From Felis catus (lineage: Eukaryota), in assembly GCF_018350175.1 (NCBI RefSeq), contig NC_058368.1:125428001-125492000 (forward strand): 64,000 nucleotides of DNA, written 5' to 3'. Within the stretch, counting starts at the first letter, position 1. Each line of letters starts with the position of its first letter. Both the position numbers and the translations under genes were made by a program. This document shows, one piece after another, positions 10,601-24,168 of this stretch. Below the pieces are notes generated by a model. The model was given only the letters and a program-made list of their open reading frames with translations. It was not told the origin of the DNA and searched no databases.

Positions 10601-13600
10601 CCATTAATACCTGGAGTGGACTCTTTATAGTGGTGTGTGAACTCGGGCTAGAATTTTTTGAGCCACAGTTTCCTTACTGAGAAAAATCACTATAATATTT
10701 ACCTCACTGAGTTTTTTCAAGGATAACACAAAATTAGATGGTGTTTATGAAAGTGCTCTGTAAGCCAGAAGACACCACAGAAGACATTATTAGACAGTAA
10801 TTTGCTTTTAACATTTTATTCATCAATCTCTCTCATGAAAATGGACAAAAGGAAGAGCATGGCAAGTATGTTTTGAATTGAATAGAAATGACTTTGGAGA
10901 CAGAAACTGATCTAGGAGCAAATTTCACTCTGTGAAATCAGGCAGGGAAATCTCACAGACAAATGCTCAAATGTTAGTTTTCCAATTGCAATCGGAAAGA
11001 TGATGTACTCTACTAAAAAGGATTTTTCTTTGGTAATTCAGCATCATTAACCCTGGCTCAATGATAACATAGGAGAGGCACTCATATCTTCAAAGAGTTT
11101 TTACTTCAGTAAGGCTTTATGTGAATTGAGGGAAAGGGTCTTAAAAAAAACCCCCAAATCCTTTTGCCTATTTTGCCCAACTAGAGTTAGTTTATAGCAT
11201 ATGGTCGAGTGCTCTGGGAAAAGAATCAGCATTTTTTTCTCTTGATTTTAATAATACTTGGTGTAATAGGAATAGACTGCTGTAAATATTGCATATAATT
11301 ATTTATTAGACTTTAGGAAACCTCCTATTGCCAAGACCCCTGGGCATATGGCTGAAGTTGGAATATTAGGTAGAAAATACAAGCAGACTCAGCAAACACA
11401 GTTGCAAGGCCATTCTGTTAATTGACTCAATGTAAACATTAGTTCTCTATCAGACCTGGAAGTTGGCAAACTTTCTGGGGAGGAAAATGATCACGTTAGG
11501 AGGTGATGTCCCCTTCTTTGGCCTGTATTGTAGCTGGGAACCACACTTTGCTGGAGGGAAGAAAGCCTCCATGACTTTTCTTGCCCATAATGTACAGGCC
11601 TTTGTCATATTGGTCATTGAGATCAGATTTCGAGCTCACAGTCTCCACGGCCCATGGACCCAGGGAATCATGGGAACATAAGTTTCTCATTTTACATGGA
11701 ATGAACAGGAGGTGGTGAGTGTAAACTATATTCTAATTTTTTTGGTCATATGGAGATATCCTCGTGAACAAAGAGGTGCTAAAAATAAAACTTGAATTGG
11801 GCATATTTGGATATAAATCCAGATCCTGCCAATTAATACCTAGATGTTCTAGGGTGAATTACCTATATTTCTGAACTCTGAAGGGTTATTTTGAGGAGCA
11901 TAGTAGACACTCAATAAATGCATCTGAAAGCTAGCTGAGAGATATCATAAAGAAGGTCAAATACAGATGATTTATAGTCTTTCTCTGTCCAGTGAAGCAA
12001 AAGAGGACTTATACTAATCATGGTGATGTTCTTAAATTTTGAACGTACTCTATTTACTAAATGTCTAAAGCATTCCAACTCAGAAACAGAGGTAGGTTTA
12101 TAAGCCACAGCATTATTTATGGGAAGAAAAATATGCTTCTGGCCTAACTTCTTCACTTTTCCTACTCTATTTCACCTTCAATTTTGGATATATTATGAAA
12201 TTCCAGTAAGGAATAGACTTGGTAGGTTGTCAGGAAATGTTTTTGTCTTTAGGCATAACTACAAGCAAACCATGTGAAGGAGTTAAGATTCCAGCCTTAT
12301 ATTTAATTTCCCAGTGAAGTGCTTGAATACCATGATATGTCTGAATAAGTCATTGCACAGTGTGGTAGCTACGTTACTTCACTTGGACTTATTCTTCTTA
12401 TATAACTTCAGCTCCTTATGGTGTAATTTAGGTCCATTTAAAAACTTCCCATTTGACATATATTCATTGACAACCTTGAAGTGTTTTTGACACTGGCAAA
12501 ACACTGGGATATGTATTTGGTTCTTAATATAAACAAATTATCACTGGTACTCCATTGTAAATAAGACCCTTCTTATATTCGAAGAAAATGATTTCTTTTC
12601 AAACTTAAGTATGTTCTATAGTTGAAAATTTTAATCAATTATTTCAGACTTTACATCTAGGCCTTTAATCATACTTGAACCCCAATTTCTCCATCTTTCT
12701 CATTTTTGAAGGAACAAAAACTGTTGATTCTTTGAACTTAAAAAAAAAAAGATTGATTTTTCTATTTCTGGATACAAAATGCTCCCATAAAGAGATCAGA
12801 TTTTTTTCTATGGAAATGTATTTTATAACACCAAAATTTAAAAAACTGAATTAAGAAGCTATAATTCAGTTGGGAAATTCAAATGAACTCATAAAATATA
12901 ATAGATTGATTGAATTAGTCCCTTGCTAGTCAATTCTCTATGCACATTAAATATAAAATGAAAAATCTTTTTGTCAAATAATTTGCAACAAAACTAAAAA
13001 AATTTCAAGTCCCTTGATCTGTGAGAAGAATTCTGAAATGTTTTCCTTTCCCTTTCTTTACTGATACCACTCAAAATAAGACTTTGAGAGAGAAGTACTT
13101 ATAAACATATTTCATTGAAAACTGCATTGTCAGTCTTAAGAATAGAGAGAAAAGCAGGCCTCCAAACTTCTATGTGAATGATTTTTCCTTTTGAACATCC
13201 CAGACATCAGACTTCAATGCAACTTTGATGCAAGGTTATCATGATATTCAAGGTTTAAGACTTATATTTCAAGTGTCTGAGACCATTAAGAATACAATTT
13301 TATTTGTTTCAATAAATAAACAAAAGAATTACAAAAATGTATATTTGTAGGGACCTCTGTAGTTTGTAAAGTATCTTCATTTCCCAGCATCCTGTGTAAT
13401 AGGTGAGGGAGATAATATTTCTTAGATAAGAAAATGGAAGCTCAGAAGTTGAGGAACTTGTGTTGGGTCACCCAAAGGGACTGGCAGCTCTGTGGCCATA
13501 ATTAGGTTTCCTGTGTCTCACATTCATGTTGATACCCTATTGTACTCAAGTCTGTAGAAGTCCTATTTCAGTATATCCATGGGGACATTTGAGTCATTTC

Positions 13601-13968
13601 CCATCAAGATCAACCTTTACCTTTGGAATTGCCCTGGCCAACTTTTGTTTTATATGCATGTGTTGCTTATCACAATGTCTTGCGTTTCTTTTGCTCCTTT
13701 CTCTGAGAAAATCCAGGCACATTCCAGACCCTCAAGTCTAATCAGCTTTGATAGCAGTGAAGCAGGATTGGAATAACATGGAGGTTTTTTGGCACTTGCC
13801 CAGTGACTGTGGGGTAACCTGTTCATTTCTGGCATTCTTAGAACAACAATGGGCCTTGGGAAACTGCCACCTCTGTTGTGCTTAACTGGTTTTCCCTTCT
13901 TAGAGTAATGCTCATGTGTCCTCTGCTGCTGATGTCTTGGCCGTCATCCTTTTGGTGCCTAACTTTTC

Positions 13969-14189
13969 TTTTTAAAAATTTTTTTTTTCAACATTTATTT
14001 ATTTTTGGGACAGAGAGAGAGAGCATGAACGGGGGAGGGGCAGAGAGAGAGGGAGACACAGAATCGGAAACAGGCTCCAGGCTCCGAGCCATCAGCCCAG
14101 AGCCCGACGCGGGGCTCGAACTCACGGAGCGCGAGATCATGACCTGGCTGAAGTCGGACGCTTAACCGACTGCGCCACCCAGGCGCCCC
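13969..14189 (-). mobile_element. Young felid Can-SINE (SINEC_Fc-type)
   Basis: CpG-intact body. Perfect 16-bp TSD TGGTGCCTAACTTTTC at 13953-13968 and 14191-14206. Confidence 0.97.
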
Positions 14190-14508
14190 ATGGTGCCTAA
14201 CTTTTCAAAAGAGGAATGCACACTTGCCATTTCTAACTCCTCTGCCCTTATCCTCAAGGTGTCCACCTGTCATTAGCTGTGACCTTCCCTCTAAATTATT
14301 TTCTCCAAAGGTCACTCCAATTTGAAAATCCTCACATATTTTCTCTGGTTTCTTAACTTAAACTTGGCTTCACTCTTCTTTTTGAATCTCTTTTTCTTAA
14401 CTCTCTTGTTCTGCTTCTCTTTCTAGCTCTCCAGATTCCATTTCATTTTCTTTCTCTCTTTCTTCTTTTCTTTTTTTCCCTCCCTCCCTCTTTCCCTCTC
14501 TAACCTTT

Positions 14509-14572
14509 CTTCCTTCCTTCCTTCCTTCCTTCCTTCCTTCCTTCCTTCCTTCCTTCCTTCCTTCCTTCCTTC

Positions 14573-14615
<43 letters not shown>

Positions 14616-14624
14616 TCCTTCTTT
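14509..14624. repeat. Compound (TTCC)n(TTTC)n tetranucleotide microsatellite
   Basis: Seen directly. It explains the low-complexity ORFs 14397-14672 and 14423-14686. Confidence 0.97.
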
Positions 14625-16536
14625 GTCCTCTGGCTCCATTTTCTTCCATTCCCTAACAGTGGACTTAACCATGGTCCTCTAAGCAATATTCACTATTTCC
14701 TCTCCACATATAGTTGCTTTTGGGGGTTCATTTCTGATCTCAGCTTTGAATGACTTCCAAGGGCACAGCTTTCACTATGTGTTCTTTCCTTGGCTTCTGC
14801 CTCAAATCTCCAGATACCTACAGCACAGCAGTACCTAGATATCCAGCCACCATCTTAAACTTAGGTCTGACTCAGGCCCAGATCCTTCTTCATTTCTGTT
14901 GGTGGCATGATTTTTCCTTTCACCCAAAGTTATGTCTTCTATTTCTTTGGACCCCTCCTTTTTCGTTCCCCTGGTACAGTCTCAGCACTCTGCTGTCCTG
15001 ACATCTCTCACACCTGCATCCCATTCTTCTGCTCGCGGTGCCATTGTCATGGTTTAGACAGCCCCATCACAATGAATAATCTGTCTTTCTTTGGTTTCTG
15101 TGAGCTGCTCTATCATCCTACATGTTGTTGACCCTGACTAGCTCTTTTTCATTTTCCTTTGATATGATTTATCTCTGTGCTTTGAACTGCCATTTCCCTG
15201 CCATATATTGCTCTATGTACTTCTTCATCCAATTAAAAAAAAATGAGTTATAGTATCACTCAAACAGAAACTAGTTTGTTGTCTCACAGACAGCATAGAC
15301 TCGTATAAATTTTTATGGTGTTTCTGCTTCCCACTTCCCTCTCCTGTTTGGATTGAACACAGGTGGTAAGGAAAGTGAAATCATCTGTTAGTCTTATCTT
15401 CTTGTGTTGTGGTTTCTCTGGGCTGATTCCTCTGGTTTGAAGAAATGGCTCCTAAAGTGAGGTGTGATAAATGCTGTATCCAGGGCTATGATTTTTCTGC
15501 ATTAGATGTGAATGCATGTACTTTTCAGCCTCCCAGACATGGTTTACAAAATTCTTTATTGTTTTTCCCTTCTGGGGAGTGATAAGGCATACCATTTCTT
15601 ATTGATTTTGGAATTGTTTCCACAATGCAAGCAAATACCTATCTGAAAAACCTTGTACTAATCACACAAAAATGTTATCATGTTGGTCCTGGAGTGCCAG
15701 AATTTCCAAAGTTCTAGGTCTGTGGAGAGTTTTCTTCTTATTATTCAGGGGTCTGTTAAAAATAATTCTCTCAGTGGAAAAATGAACAATGCAAAGGCAG
15801 GATATTGGCGTTCTTTCTGCATTAATTCTCATGGTAGCTTAACATTAGAAAAACCCTTGCCTGTTTCATTTCCCTATTGGTGGATCAAGCCCTAGGTTTC
15901 CTTGGTTGCTAAATGTGGAAATTTAGTGGAATTTCCTGCCTAATAGCTTTGAGAGGACTCTGAATCCTGGAGAGTGGATATTCCTGGTACCAAGGCACAC
16001 AGATAGTTGGTGACATAACTTAGGCAGACTCTCCCCTTCCTTCTCCCATGTCCTGTCCTTGGGTCTAGTGCTTGAGTGAAGAGATTTTAGTGAGACCCAG
16101 TGGGCTCACCTATCATCTGTCAGGGATAGCATTCACTGGACATAGCACACAGACTGCCCTGACAAGCCTCCAATGTAGGTAGAAAAATTCCAGCCAATCC
16201 TCTTTTCCTATATTACTGGCCTGAAATTTTCCCTCCTCTATCTATTTCCATGTATTAGGTTTTGCCCTCCAGCCTCACTGCTAGGAGTCCATGTGAGCCC
16301 TGGTGCAAATTCAACCTTTGAAAAACTCCTTTCTGTTGAACTTCAATGCCAGTTCTAGGATATGCTGTGTAGTAGAAAGATGGACAGTCCTCAGAGTTTC
16401 TTTTTAGTTCTCTCTGTTGTCTCCCAGAACTTCTTTTCCCCCAACTCTCAGACGCCCCTTCTCTCCTTCCTTTTTTGGTTCCTTCATCACCCCCTCAGCC
16501 TTCCTCATGCTTTTTGTACTTTGAAAATATACCTCC

Positions 16537-17490
16537 ATACTGAAGATATTTGCAAATGACATATCAGGTAAAGGGTTAGTATCCAAAATCTGTAAAGAAC
16601 TTATCAAATTTAACACCCAAAAAACAAATAATCCAGTGAAGAAATGGGAAAAAGACATGAATAGACCCTTCTCCAAAGAAGACATCCAGATGGCCAACCG
16701 ACACATGAGAAAATGGTCAACATCACTCATCATCAGGGAAATACAAATCAAAACCACCATGAGACCATCTCACCCCTGTCAGAATGGCTAACATTAACAA
16801 CTCATGCAAAAACAGATGTTGGTGAGGATGTGGAGAAAGAGGATTTATTTTGCATTGCTGATGGGAATGCAAACTGATGTAGTCACTCTGGAAAACAGTA
16901 TGGAAGTTCCTCAAAAAACTCAAAATAGGACTACCCTATGACCCAGCAATTGCACCAGTAGGAATTTATCCAAGGGATACAGGTGTGCTGTTTTGAAGGG
17001 ACACATGCACCCCAATGTTTGTAACAGCACTATCAACAATCACCATAATATGGAAGGAGCCCAAATGTCCATGGATGGATGAATGGATAAAGAAGATGTG
17101 GTGTATATATACAATGGAGTATTACTCAGCAATCAAAAAGAACGAAATCTTGCCATTTGCAAGTACATGGATGGAACTAAAGGGTATTATGCTAAGCGAA
17201 ATTAGTCAAAGAAAGACAAATATTATATGACTTCACTCATATGAGGATTTTAAGATACAAAACAGATGAACATAAGGGAAAGGAAGCAAGAATAAAAGAA
17301 GGGAGGGGGACAAAACATAAGAGACGCTTAAATATGGAGAACAAACAGAGTTTTGCTGGAGGGGTTGTGGGAGGGGGGATGGGCTACCTGGGTAAGATAC
17401 TTTAAGGAATCTACTCCTGAAATCATTGTTGCACTATATGCTAACTAACTTGGATGTAAATTAATAAATAAATAAATTAATTAATTAAAA
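16537..17490 (+). mobile_element. 5'-truncated carnivore L1 (disrupted ORF2 C-terminus, 3' UTR, A tail)
   Basis: ORF 17015-17230 has the ORF2 C-terminal motif WKEPKCPWMDEWIKKMWCIYTMEYYSAIKKNEILPF. 14-bp TSD GAAAATATACCTCC at 16523-16536 and 17749-17762. Confidence 0.95.
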
Positions 17491-17527
17491 ATAAGCAGCT
17501 GTTAGATTAAAAGGAGATCAAATGTTT

Positions 17528-17697
17528 GTTTATTTTATTAATTTTTAATATAATTTATTGTCACATTGGCTTCCATACAACACCCAGTGCTCATCTCAAC
17601 AAGTGCCCTCCTCAATGCCCATCACCCACTTTCCCCTCTCCCTCACCCCTCATCAACCCTCAGTTTGTTCTTTGTACTTAAGAGTCTCTTATGGTTT
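17528..17697 (-). mobile_element. Short L1 3' end, antisense and nested in the tail region of the preceding L1
   Basis: Closely similar to the 3' UTR end at 5030-5175. Flanked by AGATCAAATGTTT (17515-17527) and AGAGTAAATGTTT (17698-17710). Confidence 0.9.
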
Positions 17698-17779
17698 AGA
17701 GTAAATGTTTAAAAAAATAAATAAATACAGCAAAATAATAATAAAAAAGAAAATATACCTCCTCCCTTTATTTCTTTTT

Positions 17780-17926
17780 TTCCCTCCCTCCCTTTTCCTC
17801 TCTTCTTCCTTCCTTCCTTCCCTCTCTCCCTCCCTCCTTCCTCCCCCTTCCCCCTTCCTCCTTCCTTCCTTCCTTCCTTCCTTCCTTCCTTCCTTCCTTC
17901 CTTCCTTCCTTCCTTCCTTCCTTCCC
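17780..17926. repeat. (TTCC)n and polypyrimidine low-complexity tract
   Basis: Seen directly. Confidence 0.95.
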
Positions 17927-19059
17927 TCTTTATTGAGCCTTCAAAACTCTCTTTGGTTCAGAGGACCTTTGTTAGAAGTATGAAAACTTTTCAGCTAGAT
18001 TAACCTAAAAGAAAAACTTGGAAGGGGAAGAAATTCACCTTCAAGTCACCAGACTGTCTTTTTCCACATTTGTGTTGCACCCATTCTCTATTCTTCTCAA
18101 AATCAGCTCTCAGGAAAGAATACTAATAGGTTATACGTGGTACCTCTCAAGTAGAATTGAAGACCTGATTTTTCTCAAACGCAATGTGGCTGTGGGGACA
18201 GGGGAGTAGTATTCTTGACACATGAAAAGGGTGTACAAGTCACGAGGTGCTGGATATCTGCAAATAAGCCTCCCTATCTGCAGTGTGGATGGAGCTGAAA
18301 AGCAAGGTCTCACTTTCAGGTGAGACATCTACATGTCCTCAGGGTCACTTTGTAGGAAAAGTGAGTAATGGCAACAGTTTATGCTCAGTTTGTGCAAATC
18401 AGGATTGTCTTCTAGTTAGGAAGGGGAGTAAATTGCATGGAAGCTTCTGCTGAGACTGAGCACAAGGTGCTGAAGAGCCTCTTGTCAACTATTCAAACAT
18501 TGCTGTTTCCTTGCTTACATCACACCTCCTCACTCCTCCAACACTCTGACTTCTGGAATAGACCCAGTGTGCAAATGCAGGACGCCAGTGTGGTGCTTCT
18601 ATATTGTCTGCCATCCCTCCTTTCAGAACTTATTAAGAGGATACAAAACATAAAGATCGTCTTTTCTTTGTAATATAAACAATCTGTGGCTGCAGGAAAG
18701 TGGGCTGGAACTTGAGGCCTACCTATTAATCACTTTGATAGTCTGCTTTCGGCAGAAGTGACCTTTTCTGCCTGTTTATTTTGACTGTGAAAAGAGAGGC
18801 CAGGAAATGCTTTCACAGAATGGACACATCAGTAACTGGGACACATATGTGTGTATGTTCAATGAATGTTTCTCCCCCACAAATGGAAATGGTATGCAGC
18901 TCTGTTTCTGCTGTTCTTACAGAATAATTGAAGTTACTCCCTCACATTCTCCAGGGAAGAAACTGAGAAATAATTTGAGGCATTAACACAACAGAAGTCT
19001 TGAAGATGAACATGGTGCCTAAACTTTTGCAAAATAGTTTTCCTTGGAGGAAACTTTGG

Positions 19060-19252
19060 AGGCTGAATGGTATGGATTTAGAGTTTAGATCTGGTTTATA
19101 TCTGCTTCCTCAATGGAGCTGGGTTGCTTATTTTCTCTGATCCCAACTCCTTATCTATAAATGTAACAGTAACTTCCAAATCTGTCTGGGTTATTATGAA
19201 GATCAAATGAGAAAATTTATGTGAAGTGTCTGGCAGGGAGTTGATGCTCAAA
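19060..19252 (+). mobile_element. MIR relic
   Basis: CTCCTTATCTATAAATGTAAC...GGGTTATTATGAAGATCAAATGAGA core and GCTCAAAAT end. Confidence 0.6.
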
Positions 19253-19262
19253 ATATCCTTTT

Positions 19263-19716
19263 GTGGTCAGAGACTGCTGGTTGCCTGACCAATATTCTTA
19301 TCCCCTTTTTACTTAGGATGAGAACCTTGATTTCATTCAGATGGCAGTGTGCTCCATAATGAGGTCATATTTCCCAGCATCCCTTTCTGCTAGATATGGT
19401 CATGTGACTAAGTTTTAACCAATGAAATGTAGGAAGTTTTTGGATGGGAATTCTGGAAAGGTGCACTAACGGGAGACAATCAGCTAATGCAGGCTCTTTC
19501 TAGTCTTTAACTCCCTAATTCCCCTGGGAAGTTGACATGATGGCTGGAGTTACCAGCCATGATAGGCATCTGGTATCTCTTTTACACAACACTGTTGGTG
19601 TAAAACCAGCCTTAGACTGCCTACCTTTTGCCTTTTTTTTTTTTTTTTTTAATGTGTGAGTTAAATCAATTTTATCTTGTTGAGTCATCTGTTCTTTCTG
19701 GCCTCTCTTGATAAGC
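19263..19716 (+). mobile_element. MaLR solo LTR relic (MLT1J-like)
   Basis: TGTGG start and ATTTCCCAGCATCCCTTTCTGCTAGATATGGTCATGTGACTAAGTTTTAACCAATG motif. Confidence 0.7.
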
Positions 19717-19733
19717 AAGGGAATGTAATTTCT

Positions 19734-19965
19734 TTTTTTTTTAATTAAAAAAAATTTTTTTTTTCAACGTTTATTTATTTTTGGGACAGAGAGAGACAGA
19801 GCATGAACGGGGGAGGGGCAGAGAGAGGGAGACACAGAATCGGAAACAGGCTCCAGGCTCTGAGCCATCAGCCCAGAACCCGACGCGGGGCTCGAACTCA
19901 CGGACCGCGAGATCGTGACCTGGCTGAAGTCGGACGCTTAACCGACTGCGCCACCCAGGCGCCCC
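19734..19965 (-). mobile_element. Young felid Can-SINE (SINEC_Fc-type)
   Basis: CpG-intact body. 17-bp TSD AAG(G/A)GAATGTAATTTCT at 19717-19733 and 19966-19982. Confidence 0.97.
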
Positions 19966-20214
19966 AAGAGAATGTAATTTCTAAAACAGATTTTCCTTGT
20001 ACCTGTATGTTCTTCATTCCTCACACTTATCCTGTGAATGAGTAGAGTTGTTCTTATTTTACTGATAAAGAAACTGAAGTGGAGAGAGTTAAATACTTTG
20101 CCCTATATCGCATAGCTATTCTGTGCCACTGCTGATTTGTCTCTCTTTATTGCTCTTTCCACTTCAAAGGGCGATCTTGGGTTTTTCCCAGACCCTTTTT
20201 TCTTCATATCTTAT

Positions 20215-20490
20215 GGGCAGTATTGCATAACAGTGAAGAGTCCAAACTCAGGAGCCATACTACCCAAATTTGAATTTTGGTTCTACCTCTTACTACTGCT
20301 GGAAGATTTACATGTAATTTGTGTAACTTCTCTGAGCCTCAATTTCTTCCTCTGTAAAATGGGGATAACAATAACCTCATAGAGTAGATATCAGCAGTAA
20401 ATGAATTTATATGTGCATATAATGTATACATATATGCATAGAATAATTCCTGGCATATAGAAAACACTATTAAGTGTTAGCTATGATTAT
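20215..20490 (+). mobile_element. MIR relic
   Basis: AACTTCTCTGAGCCTCAATTTCTTCCTCTGTAAAATGGGGATAACAATAACCTCATAG core. Confidence 0.82.
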
Positions 20491-22624
20491 TCTTTTTTTC
20501 CTACTGTTGGCAGACAAATTCACTCACTGGAAAAAAAAAGCCTCTGTTAGGACTAAAGCTGATCTTTGAATTATTTGCCACATTTCTATTAGTGTTACAG
20601 GCTGTGGGAGTTGTTAGTTAATTCAGAGCTGCTAGCTAATACTGAGAGCACATGGATAGGACTGGAGGTTCTGTTTAATGGCACCACACAGGGCCTGGGG
20701 GTCTAGGAATCCCTGAAGGTGGGAAGTGAAGTCTATTATGTGGGACATGGGAAGAGGGGCTGATAGGAATCTTGGTGGAGAATACTAGGGCATAGGGGAC
20801 TAAAAGGTAGGCATAGAATAGAGGCTCAAAAAACTATGTTGATATCTTTGGGAAAGAAAAGATAATGTTCTAGACTAAAGGCAGTGGAAGGGAAAAGAAA
20901 GAGAAAAGTAGGGAAGGAAATGAAATTAAGAAAAGGCAAGAAAATACTCAAACCTGGTGAATTATGGCTCATCCAGACTTTAGATTCTTGGGGATTTCAA
21001 AATATGCCAACTTTGCAAGTAAAGAGGGGAGGTATTAGGGGAACAATGGTTTCCTGTAGGAACATTCCCTAAAAATATAACCTCTTAAACATTTGGTGGG
21101 AGGGGAGCTGAGCTAATCTGATAATGAAGACCACGATGAAGGCTTCAGAGGAAGCATTCCCAAAGCCCACTGTGACCATCAGAGAAGACAAGGCAGTTAT
21201 AGGCTGATCTTCTCCTCGGGTTTGTTCCTCTGTGAGCCCTCAGTGAGGACTTGGCCAGCCCCTTCCCACGCAGCACCTGCCTATAGTCCATCTTTACCCT
21301 GAGATGTTAGAAAAGATTTCTGGACATCTGTTATTTCCCTATGTTGGTTGTTTTTGAGGCTCCCTGTCAAATTTCCTTGTAGAATTCTTTATGAAACCAT
21401 TAAATGAAAATGGGCCTCTGCACTTGTCTTAGTGGTCAGTAGAGGGAGCAGTGGGGAGGACTGGCCCTGTCCGGTGCCAACATGGGCACAGAGAGTGCCA
21501 GTGACAGAGAGCCAGCCTGGTCTTCAAGTTCACCCAGAGAGGCTCAGGGCTGTGTGAGATGTAATCTGGGACGTGATTACAAGTGATTACAGGTGATTAA
21601 AAAAGGCTGGTGAGGGTTTCTTCCACACCCACCTGCTTTGTTTGCTGAGCCACACTGGGCCCATCCCTGTTTCTCTACCATCTCACTATTGAGTTCCAGT
21701 GAAGTTCATTGTCTGAGGTCAAGGGGACACCTCTATTTTCATTGGGCCCAGCTTGGCCTCTTGGTGGGCAGAAATAAATTTAGTATACTTGGCTACTACA
21801 TATTAAGTCTTTTGTTTTGTTTTTAAAAAGTTCAGTGCTTTCCCCTCCCTGCCCCTGTCACGTGGCTATATTGTATGTCTTAAGCAGCTGTTCTGACTCT
21901 CCTAGAGGGAGTTTGTTAGCAATGAGTCAGATGCCCAGAACTTTTTCTCACCAGCTCCAGGGAAGCTGCCCTAGGTTCTACCAGTGGTCGTGGCCCAAGG
22001 CAAGTGGGGAGTCCCACGTTCACAGGAGGAAGTGAAGTTGTCTTCAAGAACCATCAGGAATGGGGCATCAGTCATCAGGAAATTCAGATCCCCCAGGTGC
22101 TAGGTAGGCATTGCCCTTTTCTCCCCCCAACACCTTGGGAAGTTGCAGTTTGCCACAGTTAAACGCTGGTTTAAAAATGCTGTAGGACAACCCTCCTTGT
22201 TTATCCCATTGAAGTAGTTCCTGGATCCATTGGAAAAGAACTCTCCAAGTTGAGCTGTAAATATTGAAAGATATCTTTGTTAGCCACATAAATAACTTTG
22301 TAGTGTTGTGTGTGTATGTGTGTAGAAAACTTGTCCAAAAGATATTAACCCGAGGCTATTGCCAGGGAGTCTCTTAGATAACCACGCGGGGGGGGGGGGG
22401 GGGGTTGGAAAGCTTCTGAAGATTTAGTATTCTCAGAACAGCTGATTAACAGCCACCTCCATGATACTGTGGGGGAAGGACATGAATCTGAAACCCCAAA
22501 TAAACCCTCTGCTCCCCTGACATTACTCTTATCTCAGTTCTGAGGCAGTCACACCAAGTTACTGTGCAAGAGCCACTGCTTAATAGCCTGTTTCACCTGC
22601 TTTCAGTTGGGAAGCTTTTGGTTG

Positions 22625-22939
22625 GCTTAAGCGATTTATTGTTGTGTAATAAACCCTATAAGAAGAGTGGCTTAAAACAGCAGCCGTCATTTAGCTTGCT
22701 TATGAACTTGAATTTTGTCCAGGACTTGCAGGGACAGCTCATCTTAGGGGCATTTGGGGGCCTCTGAAAACTAGAGGTGACTTGGTGTTTGTGGGCTGAA
22801 ATGATCTGAAGGCTCACTCACGTGTTTGGCATTTGATGCTGCCTGTGACTGGGACACTAATTGGAATTCTTGGCCAGAACACCTACACGTGGCCTCCCCA
22901 TGTGGCCGCTTGCGTTTCTCATGGCATGGAGGCTGGCTT

Positions 22940-23002
<63 letters not shown>

Positions 23003-23090
23003 TCCCATGGAACAAGGCAGAAAACACATTGCATTGCTACATGAAGGCCTTGAATGTCACTTGCCACCATACTCTTTAGGTCGAGGTGAT
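22625..23090 (-). mobile_element. MaLR LTR relic (MLT1F/H-like) carrying a (GA)n repeat
   Basis: AGTGGCTTAAAACAGCAG, GGGACAGCTCATCT and CCAGAACACCTACACGTGGCCTCCCCATGTGG motifs. Confidence 0.7.
22942..22999. repeat. (GA)29 microsatellite
   Basis: Perfect GA run seen directly. Confidence 0.97.
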
Positions 23091-23602
23091 CCTTATTCAA
23101 TTCCTGGAACTTTTCTTCTTTGACATTCTTTTTATGATATTACTTCTTATTCACTTTTTCTGATCTCCTGTGAAAGAACACTAATCATCCCTGTATTGAA
23201 GTGCTTTTGTCATTCATATAAATAATTTCCCCTTTTAGTATTTTTCCTCCCTTTGTCATTTTCCTCTGCTTCTGGGTGAAATTCTTGGGCTTATGCTTTA
23301 TGATTTAATTTTCTGCATTCTTAATACTGCTCTGCCAAAGATTAAATTCCACTATAGCGTTTTTACTACATCTGTTCTTTATCTCTGCAGCCTTCTTTTT
23401 TACTTATTCTTATGTCTAATCCTTTCATCTCTTATTTCTTAAAGTCAAGATTTTGTATTAATTTTAACAAAGCAGTTGATGCCTAAATTTTTTTAGTGGT
23501 AAATCTTTCTCCCAAATTGCTTTCTTCTATCTCTTTTTTACTGCATCTGCCTCTTGCATGCTGCAGAATATTTTCATGATCTCTACATTTCAAAAAAAAT
23601 TC

Positions 23603-24168
23603 TTTTTTTAAAGTATAGTTGACACACAATGTTACATTAGTTTCAGATGTACAACACGATTCAACTGCTTTATATATTATGCTGCGTTCACCACAAGTGT
23701 AGCTACCATCTGCCACCGTACAATGCTATTACAACATTATTGACCATATGTCCCTATGCTGTTCCTTTAATTCCCATGAATTATTCATTCCATAACTGGG
23801 AGGCTGTATCTCCCTCTCCTTTTCTCCCACTTTGCCGATCCCTCTACCCCCTTCCCTATGACAATCATCAATTTGTTCTATGTATTTATAGATCTGACTC
23901 TGCTCTTTGTTTATTCATTTGTTTTGTAGATTCCATGTATGAGTGAAATCATATGGTAATTTCTCAGTCTGATTTATTTCACTTAGCATAATACCTTCAG
24001 GTCTATCCATGTTGTCACAAATGGCATGATCTCATCCTTTTTTATGATTGCGTATTATTCCATTATGTATATATATTCTATATTCCTTACCCAATTGTTT
24101 ATTAATGGCCACTTGGGTTGCTTCTGTATCTTGGCTATTGTGAATAATGCTGCAGTAAACATAGGGGT
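23603..24168 (-). mobile_element. Older carnivore L1 3' fragment
   Basis: TTTTTAAAGTATAGTTGACACACAATGTTACATTAGTTTCAG end, plus GATTTATTTCACTTAGCATAATACC and TTGGCTATTGTGAATAATGCTGC. Confidence 0.9.

Noticed and set aside
14397..14686. Highly charged K/E/R-rich ORFs (also 22771-23100 and 50329-50700)
   Set aside because: These are translations of (TTCC)n, (TTTC)n and (GA)n microsatellites.
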